Source: a virus
Lineage: Duplodnaviria; Caudoviricetes
Reading direction: 5' to 3' (one strand)
DNA length: 45,875 bases
IMG/VR virus record: IMGVR_UViG_3300025018_000024
Location: 1 to 45,875 of that record
Part shown: positions 8,213-17,220 of the stretch, piece after piece
Layout: the number at the start of each line of letters is the position of its first letter
How positions within the stretch are numbered: position 1 is the stretch's first letter
Notes under the pieces: generated by a model
What the model saw: only the letters and a program-made list of their open reading frames with translations
What the model was told of the DNA's origin: nothing
Databases searched by the model: none
Position numbers and translations under genes: made by a program

Positions 8213-8734
8213 TCACTTCTTGTTGCGGCGGAACTTGTTGGGGTTCTTACAGGTCTCAAAGTGCGTCTTGTGACGCGACTCGTCGGGCTCGATGGTGAAG
8301 CCGGGCGGACTGACGCGCGCGCGGTAGTGGCCGGCCTCCGCGTCGAAGCGAACCACGACGTTCCCCTCGTCGCATGGGTCAGCGTCAACGATCATCTGCG
8401 CGCCGCTGGCGGTCTTGGCGAACAGGACGCGCGCGCCGCAAGCCTTCTCCTTGCAGGTCTTGACGGTGGGGCGCGGGGTGGGGCGGGGCTCGGCCTTGAC
8501 CGGCGGCGGCGGGGCCATCGCTGTTTCCCGCGGGCGGTAGGGCGCGGCGCTTCGCCTGGTGACGACCAGCCCGCACGTCTCACAATGGCCGTCGCCGTCA
8601 CAGGCGACGTGTTCACACCAGCACCAGGGGTCGCGGGGGCAGACGATGAGGTGTCCGCCCGTCTCATCGAGCAGCGCGATGGCGGCGCGGCTCGGTGTGG
8701 CGTGGCAGATCGGGCAACGGTGGATCGTGGTCAT
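8213..8734 (-). CDS. Cys/His-rich zinc-finger protein
   Basis: CPIC, CETC, CKEKAC...VDADP...HKTHFETC; coupled to the HTH gene. Confidence 0.75.
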   Translation of the reverse strand: MTTIHRCPICHATPSRAAIALLDETGGHLIVCPRDPWCWCEHVACDGDGHCETCGLVVTRRSAAPYRPRETAMAPPPPVKAEPRPTPRPTVKTCKEKACGARVLFAKTASGAQMIVDADPCDEGNVVVRFDAEAGHYRARVSPPGFTIEPDESRHKTHFETCKNPNKFRRNKK

Positions 8735-9045
8735 GACTTCTCCAGATGTTCGGCGCGGAGCTGGGCGGCCTCCGCGCGGTCTTGCAGCTTGTTCAGCGCG
8801 TGCTGGTCACGCCCGAGCAGCGCGTCCAGCGTCAGGCCGGGGACGTCGCCGCGTAGCGCCTCGAACAGATCAAGGTATGCGCTGGCGTCGGGCTCGGCCC
8901 TGCCCGAACACCAGCGGTACACGTTGTTGCGGACGACTTTACACCGCCGCGCGACTTCGCTTTGTGACAGCCCGGCCATCCCGATGAGGCTGGCGATGCG
9001 CTGGGCGGTGATGGCTCGGTCGGCGGCGGTCTTCTTGTGGCTCAA
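8731..9045 (-). CDS. Cro/XRE-family HTH regulator
   Basis: GLSQSEVARRCKVVRNNVYRWCSGRAEP; AGGAG RBS with TTG start; no S24 peptidase domain. Confidence 0.88.
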   Translation of the reverse strand: MSHKKTAADRAITAQRIASLIGMAGLSQSEVARRCKVVRNNVYRWCSGRAEPDASAYLDLFEALRGDVPGLTLDALLGRDQHALNKLQDRAEAAQLRAEHLEKS

Positions 9046-9067
9046 GTCTTCTCTCCTGGTGGATGGG

Positions 9068-9094
9068 GCCGGGCGCTGCTGATGAGCGCCCGGC
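9068..9094. terminator. Hairpin GCCGGGCGCT-N7-AGCGCCCGGC
   Basis: 10-bp inverted repeat just downstream of 9106..9495. Confidence 0.5.
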
Positions 9095-9105
9095 GGTGGG
9101 GTTGG

Positions 9106-9495
9106 TCAGGTCAGAGGCAGGGGGCGCAGGCCGCTGGCTTCGCTCAACCAGGTGGGGATGATCCCCTTGTTTAGCGCCTTGCGGATGATCTCCAAGCCTT
9201 CAGCCAGATCCGCCGCGCTGTGGCTGTCGATAGAGCTGACCTCGTAGCCCTGCGTCAGCTCCGCGTTGAGCCACAAGCCGACATCATCAGCCGTCGCGCC
9301 TTCTTCTTTGGTCATGTAAGCCGACATGGCAAGCAGCGGGCGGAAGGCCGTCTTGCGGTGCCACCAATAATCGACGTCATCTTCAAATCGGCTGTCGATA
9401 AACTTCCAGATGTCAGCCGCGGCGCGGTCGGCGCGGCGGCCCTCAACGGTGGTCGGGGCATGGGAGATGCGAACGGTGGCGGGCGTGTGGGTCAT
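9106..9495 (-). CDS. Hypothetical protein (129 aa)
   Basis: Directly downstream of promoter copy 2; GAGACCGACC-ATG leader. Confidence 0.75.
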   Translation of the reverse strand: MTHTPATVRISHAPTTVEGRRADRAAADIWKFIDSRFEDDVDYWWHRKTAFRPLLAMSAYMTKEEGATADDVGLWLNAELTQGYEVSSIDSHSAADLAEGLEIIRKALNKGIIPTWLSEASGLRPLPLT

Positions 9496-9600
9496 GGTCG
9501 GTCTCGTGTGCTGCGGTCTGCGGTCAAGTCGTCAACCTTGACGACAAGAGAAGATATAGAGACGGGACGGTCTGTCGTCAAGGTGTTTCTGAATCTTTTT
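9496..9600 (-). promoter_or_regulatory. Sigma70-like promoter with palindromic operator, copy 2
   Basis: TTGACG-17-TATATC(TT); GTCGTCAA-CC-TTGACGAC at 9528-9545. Confidence 0.75.
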
Positions 9601-9644
9601 ACAAGAAAGCAGAAGGGCCGCATTGTGGGCGGCCCTTCGTGGCG

Positions 9645-10652
9645 TCATGCCCAGCGGGGCAAGACAAGCGGCTGTGGGTCGGGGCTGTACCCGCGCCAAT
9701 CTTGAGGCTTCGCCAGCGCGTCGCGGATGGTGTTCATGGCGGCCTGGTACTGGATGCGGCCTGCGCGGTGCGTCGCCTCCGACAGCGTGTAGACCGCGAC
9801 CGCGTAGGGCGCGGTCTTCTCGACCGCGACCCATGAGTACTCGGGCGCGTCGCAGGGGAGCGCGCCCAGCACGTCGGCGTACAGCGCGGCCTGAAGCGGA
9901 TATTGCCAGTGCGCGGCGCTGCGGGCGAAGGCGGCATGAGACGCATCGGCGCAGGTCTTGAGGTCCACGATCCCGCCATCGTAGCGCAGGAAGTCCGGGC
10001 GCACGCGCACCGGCATCCCATCGACCTGTGAGACCCAAGACGTCTCCGCCTCCCCGCCTCCGATGAGCAGCGCGCGCGCCGCGGGGTGGCGATAGACCTC
10101 ATCGGCCATCCGCCTCACCGCGTCGAGGTCAGCCTGTGAGAGCAACACCAGCGGCTCAAGACCCTCCGCTTCCCGCGCGGCGTTGACGGCCTGCTGATCC
10201 TTGCCGGCTGTGGTGCGCCCATCGAGCTTCAGCGCCAGCAGCTCGCCGGCCAGCTCCGGCTGCAAGATGGCGAGGTGCGCCGCCGTCCCGATGTCCAGCG
10301 TGCGCGCCGCGCCGCTGTCCAACTCGCCGGAGCGCGCCGCCCTGTAATGGTCGTAGCTCTTCAGCGCGGCCTTCAGCTCCGATGAGCTGGCGGCCTTGTG
10401 CGCGTGGTATGCCGCGCTGCTGACACCGCGCATCCCCAGCGGCCAGCTCCGACCGCACTCCTCATCCAGCCCGAAGACCGGCCACGCCGCCGCGTCGAGA
10501 TCCAGCAGGCGACCATCAAACGCCTGCGCGTGGCCGGTCCCATAACAACCCGTACAGCGCTCGGTGCGCTCCAAGAAATCCCCAGCATACAGCGTAACGC
10601 TACCCTCTCCCCCACACCACTCACACACCAGCTTGTCTTGCATCGTCATCAC
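9645..10652 (-). CDS. RecE / exonuclease VIII-like PD-(D/E)xK nuclease with N-terminal CxxCxGxG zinc ribbon
   Basis: YHA..ASSSELK, GTAAHLAILQP, VRVRPD, IVDLKT, YPLQAALY, VAVEKTAPY; N-terminal CEWCGGEG..CTGCYGTG. Confidence 0.9.
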   Translation of the reverse strand: MMTMQDKLVCEWCGGEGSVTLYAGDFLERTERCTGCYGTGHAQAFDGRLLDLDAAAWPVFGLDEECGRSWPLGMRGVSSAAYHAHKAASSSELKAALKSYDHYRAARSGELDSGAARTLDIGTAAHLAILQPELAGELLALKLDGRTTAGKDQQAVNAAREAEGLEPLVLLSQADLDAVRRMADEVYRHPAARALLIGGGEAETSWVSQVDGMPVRVRPDFLRYDGGIVDLKTCADASHAAFARSAAHWQYPLQAALYADVLGALPCDAPEYSWVAVEKTAPYAVAVYTLSEATHRAGRIQYQAAMNTIRDALAKPQDWRGYSPDPQPLVLPRWA

Positions 10653-10678
10653 GGCTCCTTATGCGCCTCGCTTGGCGT

Positions 10679-10730
10679 TTGTCGTCAAGCTAGACGACAA
10701 GATAACAGCAGCGCGCGCGACGTCAAGACG
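10679..10730 (-). promoter_or_regulatory. Third promoter/operator of the same family, upstream of recE
   Basis: Near-perfect palindrome TTGTCGTCAAGCTAGACGACAA (10679-10700); minus strand TTGACG-16-TATCTT with TG extension. Confidence 0.65.
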
Positions 10731-10938
10731 CATTTTTATCGGGATGCGACCGAGCAACATAAAGCCCCGCCTCCGCTGCGTCTTGCAGGGAGGCGGGGCC
10801 GAGGATGCCGCGCGCCTCACGACGCGCGGACCGTCACCATAGCTCAAACGCAACGAGCTTGACAAGCCGCGCAATACGAGCGTTTTACAACACTTGCAGG
10901 GGATCACTACAAACGCAACCCACGAGACCAAGACCGCC

Positions 10939-11403
10939 ATGACCGACGCCTTCGACCTCCCCACGCCCCGCCTCATCCTGGTGGGGGCGGGCGCGCAAAG
11001 CCTCCCCGGCCATCTCCCCGGCCATCTCCCCGCCCGCGCCGCCTTCTGCTCTCCCTTGACCCAGCTCCGGCTGACCGTGGCCGAGCAGCGCGCCATCATC
11101 TTCGGCGTCCCTGTGTACTTCGTCAGCGCCGCGCGCGGGCTGGTCGCGCCCGATGAACGGATCATCGGAGGCGAGATGCTTCTGATAGATCAAGACCTCA
11201 TAAAAGAGACGACAGAATTATTGATAAGACAGCTTGACAATCACAACACTTCCATTGTTGAATTGCACGCAAGTCCTCAAGTCGCGGCGCTGGTCGCTGC
11301 GGCATTGAAGGCCAGCGGCGAGCCGCATCTACTGACCGCGCCGCGCATACACACCAACGCCCTGAGTGAAGTTTTCAGGGTATACAAGGAAGCCTGCAAA
11401 TGA
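10939..11403 (+). CDS. DUF6884/YaaA-like protein, degenerate
   Basis: LILVGAG....PARAAF.SPL...VYFVSAARGLVAPDERI follows the LV.C...K..PA..LY...ILSAKHGL..PD..I pattern; contains a 12-bp tandem repeat (LPGH)x2. Confidence 0.55.
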   Translation: MTDAFDLPTPRLILVGAGAQSLPGHLPGHLPARAAFCSPLTQLRLTVAEQRAIIFGVPVYFVSAARGLVAPDERIIGGEMLLIDQDLIKETTELLIRQLDNHNTSIVELHASPQVAALVAAALKASGEPHLLTAPRIHTNALSEVFRVYKEACK

Positions 11404-11981
11404 CCCGAACCGATTTCCACATGATGAGCAAGGACAAAACGGACGTCTACCTCGTCATCTGCCCCCCGTTCTTTGAGCTGCAAGATCGCGTACACGCCGA
11501 TGATGGCGGGCTGATCGCCACCAGCGCCAACACCGCCCGCATCAGCACCATCGAGCTGATCTCCAACAGCCAGCATGAGGGCTGCATCATCTCGCGCATC
11601 ACCTTCCCCTTCCAGCGCGGTGAGGGTCGTGAGCTGGGCGCTGACTTCGCCGCCGGTCTGGACGCGCTGCGGGCTGCGTGGCGCGCGGAGATGGCCCCGC
11701 GCGCGCTGCGCGTTGAGCTGGATGACGAGGCGCTGGGGAAGCTCGGGGCCGCTGTCGCGCGCGGGTTGCACGATGCAGCTCAAGCGGAGATGGCTGCGGA
11801 GGTCGCCGCGGAGACCGGCGAGGTCTATGCGTCTACACAGGCCGAGCGCGCGGAGGCGGGCGGGGCGTATGTCGCAGAGGTCGCGCGCAAGGATGACACG
11901 CAGCTCGCGCGGCTGACTGATCCCGACCTCTTCGCCCTCGCCCAGCGCGCCAAGCAGATCGCAGACATCTTCAGCTTCTGA
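11400..11981 (+). CDS. Hypothetical protein (193 aa)
   Basis: Coupled to the previous gene; coding-like codon usage. Confidence 0.75.
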   Translation: MTRTDFHMMSKDKTDVYLVICPPFFELQDRVHADDGGLIATSANTARISTIELISNSQHEGCIISRITFPFQRGEGRELGADFAAGLDALRAAWRAEMAPRALRVELDDEALGKLGAAVARGLHDAAQAEMAAEVAAETGEVYASTQAERAEAGGAYVAEVARKDDTQLARLTDPDLFALAQRAKQIADIFSF

Positions 11982-12035
11982 ACCCACCGCGCGGGGCCTT
12001 GACCACCCCGCGCCTCACCTCAAGGAACCGCCGCC

Positions 12036-12362
12036 ATGTATCCACGCCAGCCCACCGCCAAGACCTCCCGACCCGCAGCCCCCATCAACAACACCCCGCT
12101 CGCCGGGCGCGACATCTGCCGCACGTTCGAGGGCAACGGGGGGTACTCCCTGCGCTCCGGCATCGGCGCATATACCGGCCCCGGCCACGATGAGACGTGG
12201 TGGGTCACGGTCATGTACGGCGCGGAGTTCCTCGGCATGTTCCCGGTCCGCTGTGGCTGGGGGACCAGCCCCGCAGCCGCCGCCCGCGCCGCCATCGAGC
12301 GCATCATCGACTCGAACCCCTCACACGCTGACGGCCTGCGCGCCATCGCCATCAAGGATTGA
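12036..12362 (+). CDS. Hypothetical protein (108 aa)
   Basis: AAGGA RBS; coding-like codon usage. Confidence 0.75.
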   Translation: MYPRQPTAKTSRPAAPINNTPLAGRDICRTFEGNGGYSLRSGIGAYTGPGHDETWWVTVMYGAEFLGMFPVRCGWGTSPAAAARAAIERIIDSNPSHADGLRAIAIKD

Positions 12363-12364
12363 CC

Positions 12365-12982
12365 ATGAACACCCCCGACCCCGCCGCCCTCGGCGCTGAC
12401 TTTGACCTGGTGCCGGACCTCTCCCGGTACAACTACAAGACGCTGACGCTGCACTCGACCAAGACTGGGAAGCACTACACCTTCACCCTCAAGACGCGCA
12501 CCTTTGAGGCGCGCGGGGACCAGCCCGAGCGCACGGTCCGCATCCTCACCTGGTGCGCTGCTGAACCGCTGGGGATGGGGGAGGTCGATGAGGGCGGGGA
12601 GGTGAAGCTGTGGCGGCGCGCTGCGGCGAACATCGGGGACAAGGCCGGCCAGCTCCCCAACGCGGTCATCCGCGCGCTGCGCGATCCGCTGTGGGCCTAC
12701 GAGCGCGGCGTCCGCTTTGAGCTTGAAGCGGTCTGCCGCGTCTGCGGGAGGGCGCTGACCCACCCCGACAGCCTTGACCTCGGCATCGGTCCCGACTGTG
12801 GCGCGGAGCTTCACGCCGAGCTGCGCGCGGTCGCGCCCGAACGTCTCGACGATGGCGCAAAGGTCGGGGAGGTGAGGGGGTGGGTTGACCGTGGCCGGCC
12901 AGACCTCGCCGGAGCTATCGCGCGCCGCATCACCTCCCCCGACCTTCGCGCCGCTGCGCTTCGCCTCACGATGGGGCGCTGA
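12365..12982 (+). CDS. DUF6011-like zinc-finger protein
   Basis: CRVCGRALTHPDSLDLGIGPDC signature. Confidence 0.8.
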   Translation: MNTPDPAALGADFDLVPDLSRYNYKTLTLHSTKTGKHYTFTLKTRTFEARGDQPERTVRILTWCAAEPLGMGEVDEGGEVKLWRRAAANIGDKAGQLPNAVIRALRDPLWAYERGVRFELEAVCRVCGRALTHPDSLDLGIGPDCGAELHAELRAVAPERLDDGAKVGEVRGWVDRGRPDLAGAIARRITSPDLRAAALRLTMGR

Positions 12983-13281
12983 TGCCAGCCGCACGCGGGA
13001 TGCCGCTGGTGAGCATCGGGGAGGTCACATGGTACAGGACGCGCATCGATGAGCTGACGAGCATGGCGCTGGCTCAAGGGACGCAGCGCGGCCTGTGGTG
13101 GACAGCGCAGGTCACGCGCGTCGTGCGCGCGGAGCGGGTTGATTACTACGCCTCCGCACAGGTTCAGCCCGCGCCCTGGTCCGCAGAATGGACGCCGCCG
13201 CCGCTGCGCATGGCCGAGCGCCACGACAGCATGAGTGAAGCGAAGCGGTGGGTTCACGCCGTCGTCAGCGATGCGCTCTAA
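12982..13281 (+). CDS. Hypothetical protein (99 aa)
   Basis: TGATG coupling; ends just before a hairpin. Confidence 0.65.
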   Translation: MPAARGMPLVSIGEVTWYRTRIDELTSMALAQGTQRGLWWTAQVTRVVRAERVDYYASAQVQPAPWSAEWTPPPLRMAERHDSMSEAKRWVHAVVSDAL

Positions 13282-13284
13282 AAA

Positions 13285-13325
13285 CATCAACCCCGCAGCG
13301 AAGGGTGGGCGCTGCGGGGTTGATG
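13285..13325. terminator. 16-bp perfect hairpin between convergent operons
   Basis: CATCAACCCCGCAGCG-N9-CGCTGCGGGGTTGATG. Confidence 0.75.
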
Positions 13326-13395
13326 CGGAGGATGCAGATCCGCGCTGGTGGTGCGGTGAAGTGACGATGCCGCGCCGACCGCGGCGCGTCAAGCC

Positions 13396-13938
13396 CTATT
13401 TGATCAGCCACGTCACGACGCAGCCCGCGGCCCCGAGCCCGACCGCGCCCAGCACTACGCCCGCGCTGCTGTCCGCCGACCACGCCGCAGCCCCGACGCC
13501 CAGCCCCGACACGCAGACGCCCAGCGCACCGCCGCGCCACGCGCTCCAACGGTCCGCCTCCCGCGCGACCAGCAGCGCATGAGCAGCGCGCACGCCGTCA
13601 AGGGCTGCGCGATCCGCCGCGGCCTGCGCCCGGAGCTGCTCGGCCCCGCCCTCACACATGTCCGCCCGCTGACGCGCCGCCTTCCCCTCATCGATGGCGC
13701 GACGTAGCAGACCGTCGGCTTGCTCGGCCTTCTGCGCCGCAGCCTGCGCCCGCGCCTGGTACACACGACAGACGCACAGGTCATGCCGCGTCCACCCCTT
13801 GACCAGCTCCGCGTCAGGGGCGCACGCCGCGTCAGAGGCCGTCACGCCCTGCGCCGCGGCGGAAGGCGTCCAGCTCATCGTCAGCACTATCGAGAGGGCG
13901 CACAGCAGCGCCCACGTCATCCAGCTTCGTCGCCTCAT
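13396..13938 (-). CDS. Signal peptide + coiled coil + C-terminal TM protein (spanin-like lysis accessory)
   Basis: MRRRSW..ALLCALSIVL..SAAAQ leader, helical middle and hydrophobic C-terminus; overlaps the preceding membrane gene out of frame at the end of the lysis cassette. Confidence 0.5.
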   Translation of the reverse strand: MRRRSWMTWALLCALSIVLTMSWTPSAAAQGVTASDAACAPDAELVKGWTRHDLCVCRVYQARAQAAAQKAEQADGLLRRAIDEGKAARQRADMCEGGAEQLRAQAAADRAALDGVRAAHALLVAREADRWSAWRGGALGVCVSGLGVGAAAWSADSSAGVVLGAVGLGAAGCVVTWLIK

Positions 13939-14209
13939 GCTCGATCTCCTCAAGGGCCTCGTTGGGCCGCTGTTGCGTTGGATGGGGCGCAGACGCCCCG
14001 ACATCAAGACCTCCCCCGCGCGGCGGCGCGGTGGGGCTATTTGGGGCCTTGCGCGTGAACAGGGCGATGTATCCGCCCAGCGCGACCAGCGCGCCGGCCA
14101 CGCCCGACGCCCACCAGGGCAGACGCCCGCGCCCGAAGTACAGCGCCGCGACGCCCAGCAGCGCGACGGCCAGCGCCGCCATCTGCCACCAGGTCGCCTC
14201 ATTCAGCAT
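13832..14209 (-). CDS. Two-TM membrane protein (lysis cassette)
   Basis: Two hydrophobic helices followed by a Pro-rich/acidic tail; GGAGG RBS. Confidence 0.6.
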   Translation of the reverse strand: MLNEATWWQMAALAVALLGVAALYFGRGRLPWWASGVAGALVALGGYIALFTRKAPNSPTAPPRGGGLDVGASAPHPTQQRPNEALEEIEHEATKLDDVGAAVRPLDSADDELDAFRRGAGRDGL

Positions 14210-14672
14210 CGGCGGCCTCCGCAGCATCGGCGTCAAGGATGGGTTCGCTGGTCTCGCAGAGGTCGCGCACGATCTCTTTCAGGTCCGCCCGGTCTTCCTC
14301 AAGGTTGGTGAGGTAGCGCTCGGCCTGTTCAGGGTTGGTCTTTGCCAGTTTTATATATGTGGCGAGGTGAATATCTGATGCCTCAAAAGCGGCGCGCAGG
14401 CGCACAAGGCCGCTGTGAAGCTCGGTCCACTTGCGTTGCAGCTTGGCAAAATTGTTGTTGTCTTTCTTGCGATCTGCGCGAAGCTCTTTCACCTCGGCGC
14501 GCAGATCCTTGACCGCCTCATCGACCATCTGCCGCGCGATGGTCGCAAGGTCGCGGTCAACCTCTTTGTCCTTGCTCTGCGCCTGACGCAGCGCGGTGAG
14601 GTAGCCAAGCCCGCCGGTGGCGAGCCCGACCACAGCCGTCGCCACGATCTGCGCGACGCTGACTTCAGGCAT
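14199..14672 (-). CDS. N-terminal TM + coiled-coil protein (lysis cassette)
   Basis: IVATAVVGLATGGLGYL followed by a long heptad region. Confidence 0.65.
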   Translation of the reverse strand: MPEVSVAQIVATAVVGLATGGLGYLTALRQAQSKDKEVDRDLATIARQMVDEAVKDLRAEVKELRADRKKDNNNFAKLQRKWTELHSGLVRLRAAFEASDIHLATYIKLAKTNPEQAERYLTNLEEDRADLKEIVRDLCETSEPILDADAAEAADAE

Positions 14673-15039
14673 CGGCCCCCCCGTCAAGGCGGTGGTCCCG
14701 CTGCTGTAAGGTCTGCTTGTAGACCTTGATGGTCTGGCCGGAGACCGACCCCGCGCCAGCTCCGGCGAACGCGCCCAGCAGCGCGAGGTCTACGCCCCAC
14801 GTCTCCGGCGGCGCGAACCCGGCCAGACGCAGACACAGCTCGAACGCGCCGGCCATCCCGGTCCCGATCCCGAGCAAGATCGGCAGGACGGGGAGCAGCA
14901 GCACGACCACGCGCCCGGCCGTCGTGAGGTCGGGCGCGTGGACGTTCACCAGGCGCTTGATGATGGCGACGATGCCGCCGATGATGGCGGACCAGCCCGA
15001 CAGCAGCGCCATCAAGCCCATCAGGTCTGTCGTGTTCAC
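14665..15039 (-). CDS. Putative holin (about 3 TM)
   Basis: Three hydrophobic segments and a charged C-terminus, adjacent to the endolysin. Confidence 0.6.
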   Translation of the reverse strand: MNTTDLMGLMALLSGWSAIIGGIVAIIKRLVNVHAPDLTTAGRVVVLLLPVLPILLGIGTGMAGAFELCLRLAGFAPPETWGVDLALLGAFAGAGAGSVSGQTIKVYKQTLQQRDHRLDGGADA

Positions 15040-15734
15040 CTCTCACCTCCCGCGGCCAGCCAATCGTTATAGTAGCCTGCCGCTTTGGCGAACCTGTGAT
15101 CCGCGCCATACGCCTTGATGTTGAGGTCGAGGGCCTCCGCGTAATACACGTTGCCGCAGTTGTAGGCCCCATGCAGCAGAAGCAGATCTTCGGTCTTGTT
15201 CTGGCCGGCCTCATAGCGCAGGTAGGCCGCGCCCAAGAAGATGCTGTTGGCCGGGATGTACAGGTCTTGACGCACCAGCTCCCGCGGTCGCCCATCGATG
15301 GGGGAGCTGGGCGACCACCCGGTCTCGACGCACATGGCGCGCGCGGTGCGGAGAAGGGTCTGCATCAGGCCGGCGGAGATCTTGCCCGGCGTCGCTTCGT
15401 CGGAGATGTAGCCGGGCTCGCGGCGGATGCTGATGGGGTCGCGGCTGAAGCTCCCCTCGACCCTGCCCGACTCACACAGCAGGACCGACGCGATGAGCGC
15501 AGGCGACAGCTTGAAGCGCCGCGCCGCCGCCACGATCAGAGCCCCATGATCGGCGCGGAGCTGGGCCGCGGTCTGCGGTGTGCCGCGCGTCCTGATCGCG
15601 CCGTCTTTGTCCAGCACGAAGTGAGCCTTCGCATCGTCAGCGACGTGCTTCAGCCCTTGCTCAAAGACCAGGCGACCATCTTGCAGGTAGCGCCAGCGGT
15701 CGCCGCCGCCGAAACTTTGCCATTCTGTTGACAT
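15036..15734 (-). CDS. Endolysin, SLT-family lytic transglycosylase
   Basis: LIASVLLCESG (catalytic ES), AGLMQ, NSIFLGAAYL and AYNCG motifs. Confidence 0.9.
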   Translation of the reverse strand: MSTEWQSFGGGDRWRYLQDGRLVFEQGLKHVADDAKAHFVLDKDGAIRTRGTPQTAAQLRADHGALIVAAARRFKLSPALIASVLLCESGRVEGSFSRDPISIRREPGYISDEATPGKISAGLMQTLLRTARAMCVETGWSPSSPIDGRPRELVRQDLYIPANSIFLGAAYLRYEAGQNKTEDLLLLHGAYNCGNVYYAEALDLNIKAYGADHRFAKAAGYYNDWLAAGGER

Positions 15735-15819
15735 GACCTTCTCCTCTTTGGTGCGTTGTGATGCCGCGTCTTGCGGATGCTTTGAGCTTTACAGGTTTCG
15801 GGCGGGGCTGGTCAAGACG

Positions 15820-15858
15820 ACAACGCCCCGCAGACCTTGATGGGTCTGCGGGGCGTTG
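15820..15858. terminator. 16-bp hairpin between the fibre gene and the lysis cassette
   Basis: CAACGCCCCGCAGACC-loop-GGTCTGCGGGGCGTTG. Confidence 0.65.
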
Positions 15859-16005
15859 AGGGTCAACCCTGACATCGGGGCCAGCACGCGCGCTTTTGCG
15901 CGGCTCCGGGCTGGCTCGGTTCGCTGCTGGTCTGTGGATCAAACAGGGCAACTTCCGCATCACGTTCATGCGGCATGGTCGAACTTGCACAGCGGCGCGG
16001 CTGTG

Positions 16006-17220
16006 TCAAGGCGTGTCAAGGAAACGACCACTCCATTCAAAGGGGAAATTTGGCACGTTGTCCGGGTAATTGATTGCCCAGACACTATTATATTTAACCA
16101 TACAGGCACCAGCGGGGGCTTCATACCGATCCCTATAATCTTGCGCGATGTTGTGGCCCCCGATCTCTCGCATAACGTCATCGCGCACATGGCCCTTATC
16201 GTTCAAGCCTTCCACCACTCGCAGCCTGTACCATATGAAGTTGCCGCCACCATCCTTGCGGTTAGTGAACGTCAGGGTCTTCTGCCCGGTCAGCTCCCAG
16301 TTGGTCTTAGCCGTGCCCGCAGATGTGCGCCCGTCCACCCAGCCGCAGAAGCCCGCCGCGCCTGTGCCACCCGCGACACCAAAGCTCGTGGTCGCCGTCG
16401 TCATGTACGCCCATACAAGCGCAGCAAGGAAGGTGTCCCCCGGCGTGATCGAAGTGAGGACATCACCAATAACCCCGACCGTCGCGGCGTCGCGGTCGCC
16501 GCCCGCTGCCTTATAAAAATAGCAGGCCGGCGCAGACGGGTTGTCATCAAAGGAGACCATGAGATCCGTCAAAGACAGGTCCGTTGTAGAGGTCAAAGGG
16601 ATCAAAGCGCCGCGCGGATTTTTGGTGTGAGATGGCAAAAAGTTTGCCATCTTTCCCGCGGTATTCCACGGGAGGTTGGCCGTTCCGGGGTTAGTAAAAT
16701 CCCCCGTTCCATATGTGAGATTTGTTGTGTTCGTAAAGGCTAATTCGTAATCATCAGTAACCGTGTCTGTGTTGAAGAATATCAAGAAATAAGGCACCGT
16801 GGTTGAGTAGTTTCCTGTGGCAGGTGTCACATCAACATTCTGAACATAGTTGAGGCCGATGCTCGCGCCGCCCGGCTGCATGGTGTCGCCACGAACCAGC
16901 GCATCCTGTGCTTGATCCCTTCCTGGGAAGACGAACAGCCACGACTTATTCAAGACGGTGTTCTTCACCTCGAACGCATACATGTCCGAGTTGGTGGCAG
17001 CTTGCCAATAAGCTATATCCGAAACCTTCCAGTCAGCATCAAGCCCCACATTCCAGTTGTTGCCGCGCCCATCGCCCGACCGCATCGCGTCGCGCACGGC
17101 TTGCACATAGGCTTGCGCCACCGCACGACCGCCAGCCGCGTTGCTGGTCAGGTTTAGCGGTGATGCGTTGAGGAACATGGCGGGGACAAGAAGCGGGAAG
17201 ACAAATGAGAACATCGCCAT
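16006..17220 (-). CDS. Putative tail fibre / receptor-binding protein (404 aa)
   Basis: Beta-rich T/N/G/aromatic composition, lower GC, located at the end of the tail module. Confidence 0.55.
   Translation of the reverse strand: MAMFSFVFPLLVPAMFLNASPLNLTSNAAGGRAVAQAYVQAVRDAMRSGDGRGNNWNVGLDADWKVSDIAYWQAATNSDMYAFEVKNTVLNKSWLFVFPGRDQAQDALVRGDTMQPGGASIGLNYVQNVDVTPATGNYSTTVPYFLIFFNTDTVTDDYELAFTNTTNLTYGTGDFTNPGTANLPWNTAGKMANFLPSHTKNPRGALIPLTSTTDLSLTDLMVSFDDNPSAPACYFYKAAGGDRDAATVGVIGDVLTSITPGDTFLAALVWAYMTTATTSFGVAGGTGAAGFCGWVDGRTSAGTAKTNWELTGQKTLTFTNRKDGGGNFIWYRLRVVEGLNDKGHVRDDVMREIGGHNIAQDYRDRYEAPAGACMVKYNSVWAINYPDNVPNFPFEWSGRFLDTP

Noticed and set aside
10859-10893. Sigma70 promoter for the plus-strand operon (TTGACA at 10859)
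   Set aside because: The -35 is perfect, but I find no acceptable -10 at 16-18 bp spacing, so it is not called.
1109-11403. Functional 7-deazaguanine DNA modification system
   Set aside because: I recognise no DpdA/TGT, FolE, QueC, QueD or QueE, and the QueF-like domain lacks its catalytic residues.
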